Shown here one piece after another: positions 35,972 to 46,704 of a stretch of DNA of 64,000 bases. The notes beneath the pieces are model-generated. The model ran no database searches and was not told where the DNA came from. It worked only from the letters and a program-made list of their open reading frames with translations. Source of the DNA: Somniosus microcephalus. Taxonomy: Eukaryota. Made by a program: the position numbers and the translations under genes. Each line of letters starts with the position of its first letter. Position 1 is the stretch's first letter. The stretch is taken from positions 11,532,001 through 11,596,000 of the forward strand of contig CM126225.1 in assembly GCA_052327205.1 (NCBI GenBank). Reading direction: 5' to 3'.

Positions 35972-36256
35972 CTGCAAGAGAAAGGACGGCCTCTAAGTAC
36001 AGTGTGGTGCCCTGTTGTTGTGTGCACTGCCTCCCATGGTCGAATAGCTTGGCCAGTGTGGTGCCCTGTTGTTGTGTGCACTGCCTCCCATGGTCGAATA
36101 GCTTGGCCACTGTGTAAAGTGCAGAAAGTGCAATTGATGTTCATGCCAGTGCCATAGCTGCTGGATGAGGGCTGGCCATTAGGCCTTTGAGGTCCCTTTG
36201 CCCATAATGTGAGGTGCACATGCAAGGATGAGGAGGACACTGGAAAGGGTACTCAC

Positions 36257-36493
36257 CCTGACAATCCGAGTGAGGTCGTTAAACTTTTTCCGGCATTGGA
36301 CAACAGTCCGGGGGACATCGCAGGTGGCTGTGACCCTCTGGGCGATATCCCTCCAGGCTCTCCTGTACACCCTGTTGGGAGGCTTCTTGCCACTGTCCGG
36401 GAACAAGATATGGCTTCTCTTCTCCAAAGCCCTAACCAGCACCTTTAAATCATGGCCAGAGAAGCGCTGCGCTCGCTCACGGGCCCTCTGCAT
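36257..36493 (-). CDS. Harbinger Myb/SANT partner protein, exon 1 (DNA-binding domain)
   Basis: RFSGHDLKVLV...AWRDIAQRV...RTVVQCRKKFNDL is a Myb/SANT-like trihelix; 79 codons then a GTGAGT donor. Confidence 0.9.
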
Positions 36494-38612
36494 CCTTCCT
36501 GGCGCTATTTCTCTCCAGCAGCAGTGTTTAGGCCTAGCTGGAGGGCTGCAGTATCCAGGGCGTGGCAGCAGACCAAGTCGACCCTTCCCCCTTTAAGAGC
36601 TGGCCGGCGCCAGGGTGTCTGCTGTCAATCAAAACATGACCGCACCTGCGCTGCGCCCGGCCTCGGCGGTATCAGTCTGCACCGCCGGCTTAGCGCCTAA
36701 GGATAGCCGTGCATCGCCAGTTTTAGCGCTCGAGCAAACTCCTTGGCCAAAGCTACTGAATTTCGGCGAACTGCCCTCCACTTTCCGGCGGGCGCAAACT
36801 TTAGCGGCCGCCCGACTTTACCGCCCCAAAAGTGGCTATACTGAATTTCTAGGCCAACTTGTTTAAGTCTATAACTTCTAGTTTTGTGGTTATTGAAGGC
36901 CCATCAATTGCCAAGTGCCCAACCCTGTCCAGGATTGCCCTGGGGTCTCCAGGAATTAAAAACTAATCTCCAGGACCCTGCTGCCAGCAAAACCCAGGAG
37001 AGAAAACATTGGGACGTTAAAAAAAATTGTGTTTATAAAAAAAATTAATTACTCGAACACTTTTGTTTACAAGTCATAAAAATACTGGACGTGGGAAACA
37101 ATGCTGGTTGGCTGACAGTCAAGAATCATCCAATCGCGTAATGATGAGTCTGCTTGCTTTCCGATTGGCTGTGGGAAGGCAGGGCACCATGAGAATGGAC
37201 ATGTTGGGCGACCAATGGCAGGAGTGTAAGGGGGGGCGGGGCAGTTGGAGATCATGTGATGAAACCTCCAAGAATATGTCCAACCATAGTTGCCGACCAT
37301 AATCACGTGTACTCACGGCTACCATTTTGAATGGCGTACCACTTCGGGACTGAAATCAGCAAAACTGATTTCCGCTGTTCGTGTTGAAGGTACTGTTTGC
37401 ATGAAGCTGGGAAAACATTTGAGGAGAAATCATCTCTGCACAAAGACGATTTGCATGAATCGGATAGTAAGTTTGAGATTGAGGGAAGCTAACTGGGGCG
37501 TAGGAAAAGCCGACATAAAACTTACCAGCAAGGTAGCTTGGCGAGGGGCAGATAGATGAATGGATAAACTGGTGGATATATAGATTGATTGGTAGAAAGC
37601 AATGTGCAGTCAGTATCGTTAATGTGGCTTTGATTTAAGAAGTGAGAAAGATGATATAATGCCCAAGGTAGGACTTCTTCTGTCAGTATTAGTAACAAAT
37701 GGAAAAGGCTGAATTTAAAAAAATCTTCAATCTATCGGCAATTTCCCCTTCATGCATAAAACAGTGTAACCCTCCTGCTCTGACAGAGTTTCAACAGCAG
37801 GCTGATTGAGCATTACTGGTTGACAGTTTGATAAAAGAGATAAAGCTGCAATTGGCAGCTCGCTTCCAGTAAGCAGGCAATTGAGTTTGAAAAGGATGGA
37901 TTCTCAACATTTACTCAGAAAATCTCACAGATCTAAAGGCAGTTAGAACATAAGAACATAAGAAATAGGAGCAGGAATGGGCCACTTGGCCCCTCGAGCC
38001 TGCTCCGCCAGTCAATAAGATCATGGCTGATCTTGGGCTCAAAGCCACTTCCCCGCCCGCTCCCCATAACCCTTCACTCCCTCATCTTGCAAAAATCTGT
38101 CTCTCTCCACCTTAAATGTATTTAATGACCCAGCCTCCACGGCTCTCTGGGGCAGAGAATTCCACAGATTTATGACCCTCTGAGAGAAGAAATTCCTCCT
38201 CATCTCAGTTCTAAACGGGCGACCCTTTATTCTGAAACTGTGCCCCCGAGTTCTAGATTTCCCCACGAGGGGAAACATCCTCTCTGCATCTACCTTGTCG
38301 AGCCCCCTCAGGATCTTATATGTTTCAATAAGATCACCTCTCATTCTTCTAAATTCCAATGAGTATTGGCCCAACCTGCTCAACCTTTCTTCATAAGTCA
38401 ACCCCCTCATCTCAGGAATCAACCAAGTGAATCGTCTCTGAACTGCCTCCAATGCAAGTATACCCTTCCTTAAATAAGGAGACCAAAACTGTACGCAGTA
38501 CTCAAGGTGTGGTCTCACCAATACCCTGTACAGTTGTAGCAAGTCTTCCCTGCTTTTATACGCCAACCCCCTTGCAATAAAGGCCAACATTCCATTTGCC
38601 TTTTTGATTACT

Positions 38613-39280
38613 CAATTCAATTTAATTTGCCATATGTAACCAGTACAAGTACAAGTAGAATGGAATGCTTACTCCCCGTGGGGACACGTCAGCTATTTTT
38701 ACAGCGCCGTGCTCAGAAAATCAATTCTTTGGCATCCCGTGGCAGTGGGAGCACGATGTCCCTCAGCCGCTCCGTCCTCCTCGTCACCGCAGCCTCCTCC
38801 TCACTGTTGCCGGCTCGGCTCCACGTGTGGTGGCCTGCTTCTCCCGCTCACCCTCAGGCCACCATTCCCGGCTCCCCTCCTCCCAGTCGGACTGCGAGTC
38901 ATTGTGGCTGCTGCTGCTGCTCGATGCGCTGCGCTGCCTCCGCCCGACTCGCCGAACACATCCTCCGGTCGCTGCGGCCTCCACCTCACCGTCGCCGGCT
39001 CCATGGTCCGATGGCCCGGGCCTGTTCTCCCGCTTCCGGTCCGGCCTCTGGCCGCCATGCTCGGCTCCCCTCCTCCCAGTTGGAATGCCTTCCCGCTGAG
39101 GAGCAGCTGGCCGACGTGCCCTAGCGGGCCGACGTGGCTGCTGCTGCGTCCCGATGCGCTGCGCTGCCTCCGCCCGACTCGCCGAACACCTCGCTCTGGT
39201 TGCGGGAACGAGCGGCGAGAGCGGGCCGCCCGAAGCAGGGAGAGCGCGCTAGCGCTGGACCGTCTCGGGCGCCATCTTGA
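38613..39280 (-). mobile_element. GC-rich non-autonomous retroelement (Rex/Babar-like ends)
   Basis: Clean insertion in a CR1 with ACT duplicated; minus strand starts TCAAGATGGCGCCC and ends GGCAAATTAAATTGAATTG. Confidence 0.65.
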
Positions 39281-39599
39281 ACTTGCTGTACCTGCATGCT
39301 AACTTTTTGTGTTTCATGCACAAGGACCCCCAGGTCCCTCTGAACTGTAGCATTTTGTAATCTCTCTCCATTTAAATAATAATTTGCTTTTCTATTTTTC
39401 CTGCCAAAGTGGATAACCTCGCACTTTTCCACATTGTACTCCATCTGCCAAATGTTTGCCCAATCACTTAGCCTGTCTATATCCCTTTGCAGATTCTTTG
39501 AGTCTTCTGCACAACTTGCTTTCCCACCCATCTTTGTATCATCCACAAACTTGGCTACATTACACTCGGTCCCTTCATCCAAGTCATTACTGTAGATTG

Positions 39600-40065
39600 G
39601 GATGGCAGGAATGATGTATGAGGAGAGATTGAGTCGATTGGGCTTATACTCGCTGGAGTTTAGAAGAATGAGAGGGGATCTCATTGAAATTTATAAAATT
39701 CAAACAGGACTCGACAGACCAGATGCAGGAAGGATGTTCCCGATGGCAGGGGAGTCCAGCACCAGGGGTCACAGTCTAAAGATAAGGGGTAAGCCATTTA
39801 GGACTGAGATGGGGAGGAATTTCTTCACCCAGAGAGTGGTGAACCTGTGGAATTCTCTACCACAGAAGGCAGTTGAGGCCAATTCATTAAATATATTCAA
39901 GAAGGAGTTAGATATATTTCTTAAGGCTAAAGGGATCAAGGGATATGGGGAGAAAGCAGGGACAGGGTACTGAATTTGGATGATCAGCCATGATCTCATT
40001 AAATGGCAGAGCAGGCTCGAGGGGCCGAATGGCCTACTCCTGCTCCTATCTTCTATGTTTCTATG
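39600..40065 (+). mobile_element. CR1 (HER1-like) 3' fragment nested antisense in another CR1
   Basis: Near-identical to 300-770. Confidence 0.9.
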
Positions 40066-40239
40066 TAAATAGTTGAGGCCCCAGCACCGATCCCTGTGGC
40101 ACCCCACTAGTTACCGTGTACCGGAAAATGGCCCATGTTTGGTGACTCATACCTCTTCAGGTTGGAAGCTTGATGTGAAGTTGCCTGTATACTTCACACA
40201 AAAAAAGCAGACAAGCCGTTTAAACTGACTGTTTCCTGT

Positions 40240-40392
40240 CAATGTTCCCCCCCCCATTGTTTTTTTTGTGGGGGGGGGCCGCGCGAACCATTCAAACTGC
40301 CGCTCACGCGCAATTTTTTGCCTTGGGACGCCGGCTCACCGGCTGCACGGGACCTCGAGACAGCAGTGTGCTGCAGCTTAAAGGGAATGTTG
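40240..40392. mobile_element. Short hAT-type MITE
   Basis: Ends CAATGTTCCC / GGGAATGTTG; 8-bp TSD TTTCCTGT / TTTCCTGA. Confidence 0.6.
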
Positions 40393-40416
40393 TTTCCTGA
40401 AGTGAACTGGATTTTT

Positions 40417-41162
40417 GGGGGAGAAATTCAGTTGGTTGCGCCACCCGTTAGCGCCTTAAGAGGGCGCTAAGTGGGTCGCAAGCCAACTCGCGCCCGGGTG
40501 CGGCACTGCCCACGCCTCCTGCTAAATTCCGCGGGACGTTAGTGGTGGCACTAACCGTTAGCGCTGCGTCGCTGCCGATGACGTCATCGGTGTGCGGAGC
40601 GCCCCGCTGATATCCCGGCCGCGATATTCGGGAGCGCCCCCCGATTTACCGCCGGACGCTATGTCCGACAGGGTCAGGGTGGTGTACCTGCGGCCGGGGA
40701 GGCGCAAATTAAAGGCGAGGTGCGGAGTGGCCATTTTTGTTGTTGGCCGCCTGCCAGCACCTGCCTGCGCTCCCGTCCCCGGCCTCCTGAACGCCCCCCC
40801 CCCGTGGAGTGCTGGCTGCGCTCTGCACTCCAAGAGCCCAGCACGAATTCTCCTCGGTGCTGGGCTCTTTTGCCTGCACTCCCGATCGCGCTGCATAAGG
40901 CCCCTCCCCTTTAAGGAGGGGAGGAAGGCCAGCAATACCGCAGCGCGACGTGCCGCGGCGTGTGGCGCTGCGGCACGTTGCGCCACGATATTCACTCGCA
41001 GCGCCCCAAGAGGGATGCGGGGCGCCTCCAGTAGTGCCCCGCTTCCCTTTGGGGCGCAACCGCTCAATTTCCGGTGCGGGGGCGCAAATGTTTCCGGGGC
41101 GCTACTTTTAGCGCCCTGGCGAGGCTGGCGCCCCAAACGGGGCTATACTCAATTTCCCCCCC
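40417..41162. mobile_element. Harbinger-type MITE, 746 bp
   Basis: TIRs GGGGGAGAAATTCAGT / ACTCAATTTCCCCCCC; TTT on both sides; right end GGCTATACT.AATTTC is shared with the autonomous element. Confidence 0.88.
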
Positions 41163-41574
41163 TTTGTGTTTTAAAAGGCACAGGATCCAGTTTGCGTTAG
41201 TTTTAACAGCGCAATCCGGTTGAAATCGGCCGAACCAGTGCAAAAAAATCGGGGAATCACAAACGTAAGTCACGACAAGCGTGCGTCGATCTTTAACGCT
41301 GGTTTAGAAATCATTTCGCCCGAAGCCGGCCCTGCCCACAAAACTGGCCATGGCTCCCAGATCAATATAATGAGCGCGGCGAGTTTCCGCTGTTTATGGC
41401 CGTTCGATGAAGCTCTTCAAATTGCGCTCGTTTTCTTAGGCGCAGCGGCACTAGTAGGTGCATTTGAATAGTTTTTGCATGTTAAAAAATATTTCATATA
41501 TTTCTGTCTTGCAACAAAGCCTTTAAATTATACAGTAAGTAACAAGCTCTACATTATGCTACAAGATGTCCCCT

Positions 41575-42310
41575 TTGGCTCAGTGGCTAGCACTCTCGCC
41601 TCTGCGTCAGCAGGTTGTGAGTTCAAGCCCCACTCCAGAGACTTGAACACAGAAATCTAGGCTGAGACTTCAGTGCAGTACTGAGGGAGTGCTGTACTGT
41701 CGGAGGTGCAGTACTGAGGGAATGCTGCACTGTCGGAGGGGCAGTACTGAGGGAGTGCTGCACTGTCGGAGGGGCAGTACTGAGGGAGTGCTGCACTGTC
41801 GGAGGGGCAGTACTGAGGGAGTGCTGCACTGTCGGAGGGGCAGTACTGAGGGAGTGCTGCACTGTCGGAGGGGCAGTACTGAGGGAGTGCTGCACTGTCG
41901 GAGGGGCAGTACTGAGGGAGTGCTGCACTGTCGGAGTGGCAGTAATGTGGGAGTGCTGCACTGTCCGAGGGGCAGTACTGAGGGAGTGCTGCACTGTCGG
42001 AGGGGCAGTACTGAGGGAGTGCTGCATTGTCGGAGGGGCAGTAATGAGGGAGTGCTGCACTGTTGGAGGGGCAGTACTGAGGGAGTGCTGCACTGTCGGA
42101 GGGACAGTACTGAGGGAGCGCTGCATTGTCGGAGGTGCGGTACTGAGGGAGCACTGCATTGTCGGAGGTGCCGGCTTTCAGATCAGATGCCAAACTAAGG
42201 CCCTCCCTTCCTGCCTTCGCAGGTGGGCATAAAAGATCCCATGGTGCTCTGTGCAGAAGAGCAGAGGAGTTTACCTGGTGTGCTGGGCAATATTCATTCC
42301 TTAACCAACA
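41575..42310 (+). mobile_element. DeuSINE with an internal tandem expansion
   Basis: tRNA-like head at 41575-41670; body resumes at 42170. Confidence 0.85.
41675..42170. repeat. 33-bp minisatellite, about 15 units (GCAGTACTGAGGGAGTGCTGCACTGTCGGAGGG)
   Basis: Period 33 seen directly; the unit is single-copy in other DeuSINEs (e.g. 43510-43540). Confidence 0.95.
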
Positions 42311-42934
42311 CCACCAAACACAGTCGCTACGGATGGTGCAGTTAAAAAAAAACCCCACAAAATGCAGTTTTCAAAATGATTGGGGAGAAAGAATGAAATG
42401 CAACAGGACTGCATTAAAGTGATCTGGAAGTTGGGAAAGAGAGAGCGAGAGAGGAAAGGAGCTGCAAAGTGTGTGTGTGTGAGAGAGAGAGAGAGCGAGA
42501 GAGAGCGAGAGAGCGCCCATTGCATTTCAATGGCAGCCACCTCAGCACTGTGTAACTGCATGTTTTTTTTAACCTGGGGCTGGGGCCGGGGGGGGGGGGG
42601 GGTGGGGTGGGTGGTGGAGGAGCGAGAGAGACTTAAATGTATTAATGTGTATCAGATTGATGTGTGTTTCCTCCTGAGCCGCTTTTATCAACACCATTGC
42701 ATTTATATTACAACATCATTATCACCATCGTGGCCTGAGGACAGTCACCAAAAAAAAAAGTTAGATCCGAAGCTAACAAGCAAGCAAAAAAAAAATTGCA
42801 TTGTAATGATTATTGATTGTTTATAACTAGAGGGCTGAGTGTAACTCTTTTGGGGGAATATAGGTCCGCTCCCCACGCGTTCAGAAATCCTTAGTTTTTT
42901 TAACATTTTTTGATCAGAGGTGCCTATTTCTTAT

Positions 42935-43150
42935 ACGATAGCAAAATACTGCGGCTGCTGGAAATCCGAAATAGCAACAGAAAATGCTGGAAAAACTCAG
43001 CAGGCCAGGCAGCATCCGTGGAGAGAAAAATAGAGTCAACGTTTCGGGTCAAGAACTTCTGACGAAGGGTCATCAACCGGAAATGCTGACTCTGTTTCTC
43101 TCTCCACGGATGCTGCCCTGGCCTACTGAGTTTTCCCAGCGTTTTCTGTT
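42935..43150. mobile_element. Palindromic Penelope-derived pseudo-LTR insertion
   Basis: Long imperfect inverted repeat; hammerhead-like CTGACGA...GAAA at 43059-43083; flanked by a 15-bp direct repeat GTGCCTATTTCTTAT. Confidence 0.7.
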
Positions 43151-43457
43151 GTGCCTATTTCTTATGTCAGTAATCGGTTAGTGGCGACCGAACGCGCTTC
43201 CTGTCCAAGAGCAAAGGTCAGTGAGGGGGGTCGGGTCAGGAAAAAGATAGCGTCTCATGATTTCTGTACCAAATCTCATGATTTTTTAAGATTTTGTCTC
43301 ATGATTTATGAAAGGCTGGGGTTGGCATTACTGTGACTCTTGGTCAAATAACTCCAAGGGCTGCTGGCGTTTGTGATACCATTGACTGACAGGGCCCTGA
43401 ACATTACCTTGTTCGTTTATTTCTTTTGTGCAGTCTTTTGTAACCCTCCTCTCCAGG

Positions 43458-43875
43458 AGTCCCACTCCAGGGACTTGAGCACAAAAATCGAGGCTGACAC
43501 TCCCAGTGCCAGTGCTGAGGGAGTGCTGCACTGTCGGAGGCGCCGTCTTTCGGATGAGACGTTAAACCGAGGCCCCGTCTGCTCTCTCAGGTGGACAGAA
43601 AAGGTCCCGTGGTCACTATTTCGAAGAAGAGCAGGGGGAGTTCTCCCCGGTGTCCTGGCCAATATTTCTCCCTCAACCAACATAACAAAAACAGATTATT
43701 ATCTGGTCATTATCACCTTGCTGTTTGTGGGAGCTTGCTGTGTGCAAATTGACTGCCGCGTTTCCCACATTACAACAGTGACTACACTTCAAAATGTACT
43801 TCGTTGGCTGTAAAGCGCTTTGAGACGTCCGGTGGCCGTGAAAGGCGCTATATAAATGCAAGCCTTTCTTTCCTT
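43458..43875 (+). mobile_element. DeuSINE copy (5'-truncated)
   Basis: Matches the family body and tail. Confidence 0.85.
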
Positions 43876-43897
43876 CTTTTACTAAACCCCAGTTTGA

Positions 43898-43913
43898 GTC
43901 GCCATCTACTGGA
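43898..43913 (-). promoter_or_regulatory. Candidate CTCF site
   Basis: TCCAGTAGATGGCGAC on the minus strand closely matches the CCASYAGRKGGCR core. Confidence 0.5.
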
Positions 43914-45291
43914 GAAGAGGGTTATAAAAGACTGCACAAAATAAATAAATGAACAAGGTAACCCTCAGGGCCCTGTCAGTCAATGGAAAATAATATCACG
44001 GGCAGACAATTCTGGCTGGAATAGTGTTCCCTGTGCAGCTCCCCCTCAATCTTAAATGAGGGCACGATGCTGGGCCAGTGTGTCGGGGGAGCTTTGCACT
44101 GGCTCCAACCTATGCTAATAACAAACCTGGGAGTTAGAGTTTGGCCCTGAAGGCAGAACTCTAAGGAACTATTCCATCTAGGTTTTCTTCAACAAATATG
44201 AAATGCAATATTAAAATAAAAATTTAAGCAGAGCAAATAAAAATCCCAGGGTTTACATCCGGTTGTGGAAGTGCATGATTAAATTGGCTAAGTTAAAAAA
44301 AATATTGCAAGCTGGTTAATTTTTGAAAGGAGTCAATGAAATTTCTGTTCCAGCCATAAAATTACACTCCACAGTTTGGAGGGATACAGCTGTATTGCAC
44401 AGTGCACCAAACAACAAGCCCTTATAAATACTACAGCATGTCCTGCTGTGTCCAGCACTGTTATGCAGTGCTGTTAAACAAGTCACCGAGCTTATAAATG
44501 CTGAAAAGACTCTGGTAGCACTTATTGCAGTTATTTTTTTGCACGCAAGGGGCTTATTTCAAAACCGAAAGCAAATATGCTTAATGAATAAATAACTGGT
44601 CTGTGTTGAAAGGTAGTAAACCAACCGAGCACTCGATGTCCTGTGCAGTTTTCCAAAATACATACGTTCAGCTGCACATCTGCAGAAAATCAGCAGCTGG
44701 AAAATGTACGCCAGAACTGAACAAATTTTTTTATTTTTCGGAAATTAAATCATTGCACCAGTGAACTGTTTGATTAAGTGCTGGCAGTGGGATGAGAAGA
44801 TGGGAACAGAGGTACTAACTTAAATGAATTTGGACCCAAAACTGCCTTCAGCAGTGCGATTAAGATGAATTTAATCTTGTCACAGGCATATTTCACAATA
44901 TTGAATTTGGATGTAGTGCTGCTGTTTATCTGTTTTACTGGCTGTCTATATCTCTTTGTCTATCGCTATCTGCCCTTCTCTGTTTTGAATTGACCTGATA
45001 TATATTGGGCTTTTAGCTATAAAGATCTCTCAATTTTGACTATATCGGATGAAAATTCACCTCCGCTGGATTTCCTCACTTTCAGTTGCAGCAGTCTTAA
45101 CTCTTTGTCTTCATTAGATTCCCTCGCCCCACAGTTTCTATGTAATCGGGCACACACATACAAAACCGTTCAGTCCTTCACCAGCTAACTTTGGCGAAAT
45201 TGGGAGACGTCACTTAAAAAAATATAGGACAGAAGACGTGATGACTTCAGAAGTACCAGTTGGTGATGCCAGCCTTAGGATTTAGAAGCCA

Positions 45292-46237
45292 GGGAGGTGA
45301 AATCCAACTTGGGCGGGGTCGCCTATTATTCAGCCCACTTGATATTCAGTTCTATTGAAGTCAATGTTTCGATACCGACCGTTTTTGCAGTGCCGCCCAA
45401 GACACATTTTTCACGCCCCCCTGTTTGAGACGGGGAAGTGAAAACTTTGGAAGGGAAGAAGTTCCAGAAATCCTGGGAAAGAATGAGTAGAATAGACATC
45501 TCATCGAGTCTTGACTTCAACACAGTGAGGCGGTCACACATGAAGAACGGCTACTTTGAGTGAGATATGGAAAGTGCCTGTCACTTAACAGGTAGTTAAC
45601 AGGCAGAAAATAGGATTGTCCCCTTTTTGAGCCCTGAAGTGCGAGCTTCCCGAAGGCTCCGAAACCCGCCAGGGTCACCGAGGCGAGCAGTGGGTCTGTG
45701 GGGGTCGGAGGGGTCCAAAAGTGCGCTGTGGAGGTGAGTGATGGGTGCAAGTGTGGAGAGGTGAGTATCTGAAGTAAGTGCAAAGTGTTAGAAAAAGTTT
45801 ACTTACCTTTGTTTCTTCCTGCAGGCTTCAAGAGTTGGGGATGCAGAGGGTCTCGCACCTCCGCGGCAGAGATGACAGGTGGCCGTTGCATTCTCCAATG
45901 CAACAACCATCTAATTTCTACACAAGAAAGAGGTTTGATGAGGTCTTGAATTCAATAACTCATCAAACTACAGAGAATGTCAGTGTTTGACAGCTTCACA
46001 GAGCTGTCAAACAATGACAATTCATCTGTCAAAATTTTTTGACAGATGAAATGTCATGCGTTGACATTCTCAGTAATTGGCTTTCCCTTAATTGGCTTGC
46101 TAAGCCCACTGGGCGGGCTTAACAAGGTCAATCAAGGGAAAATAGCGTGGGTTGGCCTGAAGTTGATGGAGGCGGGACTGAAACCTGACAAGTGGGAGTC
46201 CCGCCTCCAACGTGACCCCGTTGGCAAAATCACCCCC
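45292..46237. mobile_element. Non-autonomous DNA transposon related to 55200-56035 and 59649-60433
   Basis: Shared blocks AACAGGTAGTTAACAGGCAG, GTTTGACAGCTTC...GCTGTCAAAC and CCCTTAATTGGC; ends AAAATCACCCCC. Confidence 0.7.
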
Positions 46238-46520
46238 AATGTTTCAGGTCGATGATCTTTCGTCAGAACTGGAAAAAGTTGGCGATGTAACAGGTTTCAA
46301 GCAAGTACAGAGGCAGGGAATTGGGGGGGGGGTGATGAAAGAACAAAATGAAAGGTCTGTGATAGGGTGGAAGGCAGGGGAGATTAAATGACAAAAGTGA
46401 TAGTGGTGCAAGGCAAAAGGAGATGGTAAAAGGAGATTCTTTTCTTTTTAATGGGACAAGTAAAGAAACAAAAGATGGGTCCAGAAGAGGTGTAAATGGG
46501 AATAGTGGAATCATCAACAA
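46238..46520 (-). mobile_element. Penelope-like element 3'/pLTR fragment
   Basis: Reverse complement of 63460-63630; hammerhead-like CTGACGA...GAAAC on the minus strand at 46243-46266. Confidence 0.7.
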
Positions 46521-46704
46521 GCTGAACAGACAACTCCTTTCAACAACATTATACTGTAGTCTATAATTAATGATGTTTATTATTTAGATACAGATTTCAA
46601 GTAATAGTTTCATTAATGGATTTAAACCCCAAGAGTGAAGCTCAAATGGTTTGTAATTTATCATCGGATCCACAATGTTAGATTGGTGCCTTGTAAAGAC
46701 TACA

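Larger units (their letters stand above)
32328..36855. mobile_element. Full-length PIF/Harbinger DNA transposon, 4528 bp
   Basis: Perfect 16-bp TIR GGCCTAGAAATTCAGT; 3-bp TSD AAC, confirmed against the empty 5' LTR; two convergent genes. Confidence 0.95.
29600..36907 (+). mobile_element. Gypsy/Ty3 LTR retrotransposon, internally deleted, 288-bp LTRs each carrying a secondary insertion
   Basis: 5' LTR 29600-30299; 3' LTR 32089-32327 plus 36859-36907. TGTAATG start, PPT AGAAGGGGTGAA before 32089, TSD TTGC (29596-29599 / 36908-36911). Confidence 0.93.
29591..37301. mobile_element. hAT MITE split by the Gypsy insertion (29591-29599 plus 36912-37301)
   Basis: TIRs TAGGGTTGC|CAA and GTTGCCGACCATA; 8-bp TSD ATCATGTG (29583-29590) / ATCACGTG (37302-37309); body matches 8747-8997. 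Confidence 0.8.
37945..40115 (-). mobile_element. CR1 LINE fragment carrying two nested insertions
   Basis: ORF2 pieces at 38039-38612, 39281-39599 and 40066-40115 join into one continuous RT sequence. Confidence 0.88.
43379..43986. repeat. 78-bp inverted repeat pair (43379-43456 / 43909-43986) with a DeuSINE in the spacer
   Basis: CCATTGACTGACAGGGCCCTGA...CTCCAG versus CTGGAG...TCAGGGCCCTGTCAGTCAATGG. Confidence 0.85.

Noticed and set aside
40558-41200. 190-200 aa ORFs on both strands
   Set aside because: GC-rich MITE interior with few stops by composition; no transposase motifs.
41623-42358. Mucin-like STAPPTVQHSL repeat ORF, or a CRISPR-like array
   Set aside because: A 33-bp head-to-tail expansion inside a SINE; no unique spacers, no cas genes, eukaryotic context.
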